Source of the DNA: Alphaproteobacteria bacterium
GTDB taxonomy: Bacteria; Pseudomonadota; Alphaproteobacteria; Bin95
NCBI GenBank assembly: GCA_022825195.1
Contig: JAJDYL010000180.1
Coordinates: 9,604 to 73,603 of the forward strand
Length of the DNA: 64,000 bases
Direction: 5' to 3'
Below, one piece after another: positions 57,792 to 64,000 of the stretch. How positions within the stretch are numbered: position 1 is the first letter of the stretch; every line of letters starts with the position of its first letter. Made by a program: the position numbers and the translations under genes. The notes beneath the pieces are model-generated. The model was given only the letters and a program-made list of their open reading frames with translations. It was not told where the DNA came from and made no database searches.

Positions 57792-59171
57792 ATGGTTCTT
57801 CACCTGACAACGAAGAGGAGGGCGAAGACGCCGCTCTCCATCGTCCGGGCGCTCTCGGCCGAGGAGGAGGAAGCCCTGCGCCGGGTCAAGCAGGGCATCG
57901 ATCTTCCCGGAGAGAATCCGGTCTATCGGGCGACGGTCGCTTCCGCGCGGGCGAAGGACCGGTGGATCCTCTGCGACTGCCGCGACGGAAGCCCCGGGGA
58001 GCGGGCGATCGTCACCCTGGTCAGGAACAGGAAGAGCGGTCAGGTCCACTTCTCCAACATCCCCAGAACGGAAGTCCCGCATGCGGAGGGCTGCCTCTTC
58101 GCTCCCGGCGAGGGCGCGCGCAGGAGGATGCCTGACATCGTCTTCGGCGACGTGCTCCGCCCGGTCGCGGAGCGCGCGGGCGAGGAAGGGCCGGGCCTGG
58201 GGCCGCAGCGGCGGATCGCGGGGCCCGGTTCGGGCAGCCGGAGCCCGAGCCTGGCCGGCCATCTGCGCAGGCTGATGCAGGCCGCAAGCCTGCACAGGCT
58301 GGGCGTCCCGGAAGGGTTTGCATCCCCCGGGGAGTGGCTTGCCGGGATCGCGCGCGCGGCCGCGGCCTTCCGCACCCCGGAGGACATCGCGGTGTCCGAT
58401 CTTCTGGTCACGGACCCGAGGACGTGGTCATCGGGCCATGTCGCGAGGGTCCTGGACCGGCTCCGGGCGGAGCGCCCGAAGGCGGACACGCCGTTCGCCT
58501 GGCTCAGCTGGATGGCGCGCGACATCGACGGCTGCGAGGTCAACGGAGCCCACCCGGCGCTCGGCCATGTCCGGGTGCTGGCCGATGTGGCCGTCCCGAC
58601 CGTCGGGCGCAACAGGGTAGAGGGCCCCTGGCTCTTCCTCGGAGAGGTCGGCCGGTCCCCGGAGACCGGCGGATGGGAATGCCTGGAGGCCTGCGCCCAG
58701 CCGATCGCGTCGGCCCGCTGCCCCGTCCCGGTGGACTCGCACAATGAGCGCCGGGCCCTGGGAGCGCTGCGCTCGCCGATCCGCAGCCTGGAGAACGATG
58801 CGGACCTCGGCAAGGCGCTCGGCGGCGCCGTCCGCGTCGATCTCGAAAAGCCGCTCTTCGACATCGAGACGCTCGGCGGCCCCTGCCGGCCGGATTTCAT
58901 GCTTACCGTCATCGAACCGGGCAGTGACCCCGCCAGGGACCGGCACCTTCCCGGGAATGCGGCGTGCTACGTCGTCGAGGTGATGGGCTTCGACGACCCG
59001 GAATACGAGAGCGGCAAGGCGAGAACCCACCGGCGCATGCGGAACCTGGGGCGCCTTTTCACCATGGATGCGGGGCAATTCGACTCCCGCCGCAACGGCG
59101 CGCAACGACAAGCCGAGAGGATCGCCCGCTATATCCGCAACGACCTGATGCTGCGGTGGGGCAAGGATTGA
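57792..59171 (+). CDS. DUF1173-like protein (N-terminal CxC/Cys cluster, C-terminal PD-(D/E)xK-like segment)
   Basis: A 459-aa ORF.
- WILCDCRDGSPGE...IPRTEVPHAEGCLFAP resembles the DUF1173 N-terminal Cys pattern found in ICE-borne proteins (from memory).
- The C-terminus CRPDFMLTVIEP...CYVVEVMGFDDPEYESGK looks like a nuclease fold.
- Its last codons abut or overlap the truncated integrase remnant. Confidence 0.55.
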   Translation: MVLHLTTKRRAKTPLSIVRALSAEEEEALRRVKQGIDLPGENPVYRATVASARAKDRWILCDCRDGSPGERAIVTLVRNRKSGQVHFSNIPRTEVPHAEGCLFAPGEGARRRMPDIVFGDVLRPVAERAGEEGPGLGPQRRIAGPGSGSRSPSLAGHLRRLMQAASLHRLGVPEGFASPGEWLAGIARAAAAFRTPEDIAVSDLLVTDPRTWSSGHVARVLDRLRAERPKADTPFAWLSWMARDIDGCEVNGAHPALGHVRVLADVAVPTVGRNRVEGPWLFLGEVGRSPETGGWECLEACAQPIASARCPVPVDSHNERRALGALRSPIRSLENDADLGKALGGAVRVDLEKPLFDIETLGGPCRPDFMLTVIEPGSDPARDRHLPGNAACYVVEVMGFDDPEYESGKARTHRRMRNLGRLFTMDAGQFDSRRNGAQRQAERIARYIRNDLMLRWGKD

Positions 59172-60090
59172 CACGGTTCCTGTCCCGGGAAGAGCTCGCA
59201 CGCCTCCATGCCGCCCTGGAGGGCAGACCCGGCAGAGTTCGCCGCGGCAGCAGGCCGACATCGTCTGCCTCCTGCTGCTGACCGGCTGCCGCAGGGACGG
59301 GATCATGGGACTGCGCTGGTCGGAAGTCCGTGAGGACGGGCTGGCCCTCACCGATGCGAAGACCGGTCCGAGAACGGTTCCGCTCAGCAGCGGCGCCCGC
59401 GCCATCCTCGACCGGCAGCCGCGCACGGGCAGCCCGTTCGTGTTTCCCTCCCTGCTCGATCCTGCGCGTCCGCGCTGTCTGCATCTGCCGCTCTGGGACC
59501 GGGTTCGCAAGGAAGCCGGCAATCGGGTAGTGGGTCAGTTTGAATTGGCGTCGCAGGGAAAGTGGTGTTTCAGGGCTTGAATCACGATGATAGCAGCGGG
59601 CTCATTGAGTTCCTTGCGATTGAGCCGCAGCCATAGATGAACGGCATCTACTGCATCTTTCTGGGTGACCTCCTCCCCGCAGATTGCACCGAGTCCTGCT
59701 AATGTCTGAGCAACCCCTACGACGAACCCGGCGAAGGCACTGAAGTCGGCTTCATGAAGCTCCAGAAGCCAGTTCCCTGTCCACGGTTCCGGTTCGGCTG
59801 CGTGACCCTGCGGAGACGTGGCGAGAATGGCTACTGCACATGCCGCTCCGATTATCCACCGCCTCATTCAGCTTCTCCCGCCGAGCACCGGAGATGGACT
59901 CCAGCCCGCTTGAACGCTATGGGGTATGCGGCACGGGATGGCAAGCCATGCCGTCATGAACGGTGCGCCGGTGCCGGTCGTCTTCCGCATGCCCGGGCAT
60001 TCCAACGTGCAGGTGACCCATGCGCTACGCCCATCTCGCCGACCGCGATATCGAAGCCGCCGCAGAACGGGTCGGGGGAGGCATGGCGCG
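59165..60090 (+). pseudogene. Tyrosine recombinase pseudogene (int3'): catalytic half only, at least two frameshifts, interrupted by a ~400-bp insert
   Basis: Pieces in three frames align to int2.
- TRFLSREELARLH matches int2 TRFLSAEEIARLH.
- QADIVCLLLLTGCRRDGIMGLRWSEV matches QADIIRLLLLTGCRKSEILRLRWSEV.
- AKTGPRTVPLS...RKEAG is also recognisable.
- After the insert come RHGMASHAVMNGAPVPVVFRMPGHSNVQ and MRYAHLADRDIEAAAERVG.
- The ~190-aa arm/N-terminal domain is missing. Confidence 0.8.
59535..59867 (-). CDS. Rap1a/Tai4-like periplasmic immunity-type protein (orphan)
   Basis: A 110-aa ORF with signal peptide MRRWIIGAACAVAILATSPQGHA. The mature part is GNWLLELHEADFSAFAGFVVGVAQTLAGLGAICGEEVTQKDAVDAVHLWLRLNRKELNEPAAIIVIQALKHHFPC. 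It shows the pattern G-N-x-L-L, F-x-G-F/Y-V-x-G-V, C-x-P/E-x-V-T and a C-terminal FPC that I associate with Rap1a/Tai4 T6SS amidase-immunity proteins. GC content is lower than the flanks. Confidence 0.55.
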   Translation of the reverse strand: MRRWIIGAACAVAILATSPQGHAAEPEPWTGNWLLELHEADFSAFAGFVVGVAQTLAGLGAICGEEVTQKDAVDAVHLWLRLNRKELNEPAAIIVIQALKHHFPCDANSN

Positions 60091-60166
60091 GCCATGTCCG
60101 GCACCCTTCCATGACGCCGGCATGCGGCAGGGTCAAGGGTGCCCGTCGCGCCGGCGCCTGCCGCCG

Positions 60167-63100
60167 TCACCAGCGCGCGGTTGCTTCGATGCCGACCGTA
60201 TGCTCCGGCGGTGCCGTGTCGCTCTCCCTGCGCGTCGCCTTCACCCCAAAGGAGACCTCGGGCGCGTTGTCGTTGGCTTCCGGCGTGAGCCGCCAGCCGA
60301 GCGTCCAGTCGCGCGTTCCCGTCGCGAGCCCGAGCCCGACATGCGGGCTGCCGGTGAAGCGGCCCGAGAACGCCGGGAGGCCGTAGGCCGCCTCCGCCTG
60401 CCAGCGGCTGGCGTCCTCGCCGCTGCCTGAGCGGTCGGCCAGCGGGTCGGTCGCGAACAGCGCGTCGAGGCCGCCGTTCGCCTGACCGCCGATCTCCTGG
60501 CGCAGTGACAGTGACGGTCCCCGCTGTGTGGCCGGATCGGGATCGAAGACCATGGAGGCCGCGAACCCCCGGTCCTCCAGGTCGTCGTTGCCATGCGCGA
60601 TCAGCGTGCGGCCCGAGAGGTCGAGCGAGAGCCCGAGCGCCGGATCGCTCCAGGCGATGCCGCCGCCGAGCTCGACCCCGAAGCCGGTCTCCGCGTCGCC
60701 GCCGTCATGGCGCGCGCCGATCTCGACCCTGGGCGTGATCTGGCCGCCGCCTTCCGTGGCGATGATGTAGCTGCCCTCCAGCCCGAGCCGGAGCCGGGTC
60801 GCGTCGGACTCGGACGCCGCAAGCTCGTGCGTCTTCTCCGAACCCGTGCGCGCCCAGAGCGCATCCGAGACCAGCGCCAGCGCGGGGCCGGAGCCATCGG
60901 TTGGCGGGGCGACGATATCGCCGCGCGCGCCCGCCGCCGCCATGGTCCAGGTGACATCGGCCTTGAGCGCGCCGCCCATGTCCGGCTTCAGCGTCACCTC
61001 GCCCGTGCCGAAGCCCGCCGCGCCCCAGAGCTTCAGCCGCTCCGAAGCCTGCACGGCGGCATAGGGAACCGCCGCCGTCAGCGACGCCTCCACCTTGCCG
61101 TCGCCCTCCCGCACGGCCTTGCCGCAGAGCGGTCCCGTCGCGCCCTCGGGGCAGGTCTGGGACGCGGGCCGGGGACTGGCCTTGCTGTCGGCATAGCCGC
61201 CCTCGCCGCTGCTCTGCATGAGCGCCATGCCGACCAGCCACTTGCCCCTGGCATAGTCCGCGCCCAGCATGGCGGTGGTCGCCTCGCCGTCGAGCGAGAA
61301 CGTCCCCTCGCGGCCGTCGAAGCTCGACTGCGCCGCGCGGCCCCAGAAGGCCAGGCTGCCGCCCGTGCCGTCCGTCTCCCCCGTCGCCGTGAAGTTGCTG
61401 CCCAGCAGCGCCTCCAGCCCGCTCATGGTCTGCGATTGCATGCCGCCGCCATAGGCGTCATGGCCGAACCCGGCCGTGCCGAAGCGGCCGGCAGAGACGC
61501 CGGGGCCGCCATTGCCCAGGCCCCCGAACCCGCCGCTGCCGGAGAGACCGCCTGCGGGCTCATTGTCGTTCGCCGCGCCGCCTGTCCCGGACTGCGATCC
61601 GGGGGACCCCGATCCGGGATCGAAGCTCAGCGCCTGGCCGGCGATGGCGCCCTCGACGCCCGCCGCGCGCGGCGCGGCAATGCGGCCCGCGATGCCGTCG
61701 AGCGCCTGCTCCGCCACCGTGCGCCCGAACCGCGCCAGCCACGCCGCCGGCATCGGGTCGTCGTTGACGATCGTGCCCACCGCCACCCCGTCGCCGATCA
61801 CCGCGCCCCCCGTCGGGCGCGACAGCGCCACCTCGAAGGTCTCCGGGTCCTCGTCGTGGTTGTCGTTGAAGATGTAGACGAAGAACCGCTTGCTGGTCTC
61901 GCCCGGACGGAAGGTGACGCTCCCGAAGTCGAGCTGGAGGAAGTCCCGGTTCGCCCGCGCCGAGACCGGCACCGACTCCCGGGTCTCGTAGTCGACCGAC
62001 ACCCGCCGGTCCCAGGGCATGGAGAGCCTGACCGTGAACCACATCAGCCCGTCGCGCTCGTTGAGAGTGCGGTCGCCGACGGTGAGTGCGGGCACCGGGG
62101 CCGCATCGTCGTCGTCGCCGACCTCGACCGAGGCCGCATCGCCGGGCGCCGCCGCCACGACGTAGCCGGACCCCTTCGCCACCCTGACCGTGACCGGCCC
62201 GTCGGGCTCGTCCTCGGCGTCGTCCACCGTCGCCACGGCGAAGGCGGCTTCGGTCGCGCCCTGCGCGATGGTGACGGTATGCGGCCCTTCGGCGTCCGCC
62301 GCCAGGAAGTCGCTGCCAGCGGCGTCCGAGACGGCGAGGCTGACCGTGAGGTCCGACGCCGGCGCCCGGCTCGCCGTCACCGTGAACGCCGCCTCGGCCC
62401 CCTCGGTGACGGAGGCCGCCGTGGCCGCGACCGAGACCGCGATGGGCGGCTCGGTGATGGAGAAGGCCGCCATGCCCGTCCCCCTGGCCCCGTCGTCGAG
62501 GCCGGTGGCCGCGAGCGTGCCCGTCTCCACCGTCACCGTCTCGCCCGTTCCCTCGTCCACGCTGTCCGCGGTCACGGTCAGCACAAGCGTCGCCGATTGC
62601 GCCGAGGGGCCGGTGAAGGTCACGAACGGCGGCGCGGCCGGGTCGGTGCTCACGAGATCGGTGCTCGCGAGGTTGCCGTAGCGCACCCCCTGCGGTATCG
62701 CAGCGGGCGCCGTCAGCGTGTAGTCCTCGCCCGGCGTCGCCGTGCCGGCGAAGACCAGCGGTATCGCGAGCGCCTCGCCCGCATCGAGCGCCCGGCCGAG
62801 CGTGAGCGTGAACGTCTTGCGCCCGCCCGCCTCGGCGATGTCGCCCGCCGGCGCCGACAGCACCGCCGCCAGCGCCTCGCCCGGCGGCGAGAGGCGCGCC
62901 GCCTCGATCTCGTGCAGCGCCTTCGCCACCGGCACCCAGCGCTGCCAGCCCCGGTCGGCGAGCACCTGCGCCTGGGCCGCCGACATCGGCTTGAGCGAGG
63001 CGTCCTCCACCCGCTCCCCGAAGGCGAGCAGCGCCCGGTCCCAGCGGTCGGTGTGCGCCTTGTGGGTCCGCCACTTCGGGTCCTCGCGCCACTCGTACAT

Positions 63101-64000
63101 CTGCGCGATCAGCTCCGCATAGGGGCCTTGCGGCGGCGGCGGACCGTCATGGTTCAGGATGGTGAAGATGAGCCGGTCCGTCGGGCAACTGCTCCCGCGT
63201 GCGCAGGCGTCCCGCTGTGCGTCGCTGATCGTCCTTTCGCCATCCAGGGGGCCGAAGGGGCTGTCGAAGTCGTAGAGCGCCGTCCCGGCCGCGCTGTGGA
63301 GGCGCACCACGATCTCCTCGCCCGAGTCCTCGTGCGCGTCGTCGACGACCTGGATGTAGAAGTGCGCCCGGTCCTGGCCCACGTCGAGCCCGGTGCCGTC
63401 GCTCGCGACGTTCAGGGACGAGCAGCCGCTGTCGTCGAGCGCGAGCCGGCGGTTGAAGCGGTTGAAGACCTGGTAGTCCGCATCGACCGTCGCGGTGCCC
63501 TCGAAGCACATCCGGAACCCCCAGGCGTTCGGGATCTGCTCGCCGGTCGTCGCCTTCACCCGGGTGACCATGAAGTGCGCCCGGCCCGCCGCGCCCTCGC
63601 TGCGTTCGAGCTGGTTGCCGTAGCCCATGAGATAGATGAAGTCCGTGCGGCTGGTCGGCGGCGCGGTGTCGTCGTCGGTGACCGTCACCTCGACCTCGCC
63701 CGCTTGCGCGATGGTGTAGCCGGGGTCCATCGACGACGCCGCGTGGGCGATCGTCACCGTGCGCTTGTCGCCCGGATTGTCGATGATGTCGTCCTCGCCC
63801 CGCACCGTGACGGTCTGCGCGGCGCTCCAGATGTTCGCCCCCGAGGCGCTGAAGGTCAGCGTCTGCGTCGCGCCCCACGACGTTCCCCCGTCCTTGCTCA
63901 CCTCGGCGCCGGCGGCGGCGGTGACCGTCACCGTCACGTCATGGGTCGGCTCGGTCTCCAGCCTGACCGTGTAGCTGTCGGTGTCCGAGCCGTCCTCCAT
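60167..64000 (-). CDS. Large autotransporter (C-terminal beta-barrel translocator; passenger with Calx-beta-like repeats); N-terminus beyond the window
   Basis: The ORF is open at base 64000, and 1,277 aa are visible.
- The C-terminal ~450 aa show an alternating beta-strand pattern ending ...VGIEATARW (aromatic terminal residue).
- A Gly-rich linker is present.
- Repeated modules of the type VSVDYETRE...ANRDFLQLDFGSVTFRPGETSKRFFVYIFNDNHDEDPETFEVALS look like Calx-beta. Confidence 0.85.
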   Translation of the reverse strand: MEDGSDTDSYTVRLETEPTHDVTVTVTAAAGAEVSKDGGTSWGATQTLTFSASGANIWSAAQTVTVRGEDDIIDNPGDKRTVTIAHAASSMDPGYTIAQAGEVEVTVTDDDTAPPTSRTDFIYLMGYGNQLERSEGAAGRAHFMVTRVKATTGEQIPNAWGFRMCFEGTATVDADYQVFNRFNRRLALDDSGCSSLNVASDGTGLDVGQDRAHFYIQVVDDAHEDSGEEIVVRLHSAAGTALYDFDSPFGPLDGERTISDAQRDACARGSSCPTDRLIFTILNHDGPPPPQGPYAELIAQMYEWREDPKWRTHKAHTDRWDRALLAFGERVEDASLKPMSAAQAQVLADRGWQRWVPVAKALHEIEAARLSPPGEALAAVLSAPAGDIAEAGGRKTFTLTLGRALDAGEALAIPLVFAGTATPGEDYTLTAPAAIPQGVRYGNLASTDLVSTDPAAPPFVTFTGPSAQSATLVLTVTADSVDEGTGETVTVETGTLAATGLDDGARGTGMAAFSITEPPIAVSVAATAASVTEGAEAAFTVTASRAPASDLTVSLAVSDAAGSDFLAADAEGPHTVTIAQGATEAAFAVATVDDAEDEPDGPVTVRVAKGSGYVVAAAPGDAASVEVGDDDDAAPVPALTVGDRTLNERDGLMWFTVRLSMPWDRRVSVDYETRESVPVSARANRDFLQLDFGSVTFRPGETSKRFFVYIFNDNHDEDPETFEVALSRPTGGAVIGDGVAVGTIVNDDPMPAAWLARFGRTVAEQALDGIAGRIAAPRAAGVEGAIAGQALSFDPGSGSPGSQSGTGGAANDNEPAGGLSGSGGFGGLGNGGPGVSAGRFGTAGFGHDAYGGGMQSQTMSGLEALLGSNFTATGETDGTGGSLAFWGRAAQSSFDGREGTFSLDGEATTAMLGADYARGKWLVGMALMQSSGEGGYADSKASPRPASQTCPEGATGPLCGKAVREGDGKVEASLTAAVPYAAVQASERLKLWGAAGFGTGEVTLKPDMGGALKADVTWTMAAAGARGDIVAPPTDGSGPALALVSDALWARTGSEKTHELAASESDATRLRLGLEGSYIIATEGGGQITPRVEIGARHDGGDAETGFGVELGGGIAWSDPALGLSLDLSGRTLIAHGNDDLEDRGFAASMVFDPDPATQRGPSLSLRQEIGGQANGGLDALFATDPLADRSGSGEDASRWQAEAAYGLPAFSGRFTGSPHVGLGLATGTRDWTLGWRLTPEANDNAPEVSFGVKATRRESDTAPPEHTVGIEATARW

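Larger units (their letters stand above)
44080..60166. mobile_element. Integrated mobile element (putative integrative mobilizable element or ICE remnant); ends not defined
   Basis: The region is bounded by the last metabolic gene (stop at 44079) and the autotransporter stop (60167). It contains two intact recombinases and one decayed tyrosine recombinase, a MobF relaxase, a DUF1173-like gene and a clearly lower-GC cargo block at 46.85-52.15 kb. I could not find flanking direct repeats by eye. Confidence 0.6.

Overview
This is a high-GC (roughly 65-70% by eye) chromosome segment of alphaproteobacterial type.

**Bases 1-44,079: ordinary core and metabolic genes.**
- The window opens with a PhzF-like gene (open at the window edge), an MhpD-like hydratase coupled to an EF-G paralog, an FAH-family hydrolase, a DUF4167 gene and clpB.
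- A minus-strand catabolic cluster follows: crotonase, hydantoinase B/A, a TPP enzyme, a dimethylglycine/sarcosine-dehydrogenase-family enzyme and an FGase-family amidohydrolase, plus a TrxR-type FNR.
- Next come two conserved blocks with many 1-4 nt gene overlaps: tsaE-amgK-like-murU-like-addB-addA-trxA, and folC-accD-trpA-trpB-trpF-lapA-like-ihfB-sppA-rpsA-cmk-aroA.
- The block ends with tRNA-Ala(GGC) and MFS, LLM-monooxygenase and gentisate-dioxygenase-like genes.

**About 44.1-60.1 kb: an integrated mobile element.**
- The left end has two intact, translationally coupled tyrosine recombinases with a DUF4102-type N-terminus.
- A lower-GC cargo block (46.85-52.15 kb) holds small secreted proteins, a PD-(D/E)xK nuclease-like gene and a HEPN-like gene.
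- A 1,834-aa MobF (TrwC/TraA-type) relaxase-helicase carries a long repeat-bearing C-terminal extension, followed by a DUF1173-like gene.
- The right end has a third recombinase copy that is N-terminally truncated, frameshifted and interrupted by a small Rap1a/Tai4-like periplasmic immunity-type gene.
- I see no T4SS, coupling-protein or transposase genes, and I could not define att sites by eye.

**60,167 to the window end.** This is the 3' part of a very large autotransporter with Calx-beta-like passenger repeats.

**Most likely place for something undescribed.** The best candidate is the cargo block, specifically the four-gene plus-strand operon at 49,296-50,840 and the convergent HEPN-like gene. 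All functional statements there are inference from motifs and context. No CRISPR array, rRNA or IS element was seen.
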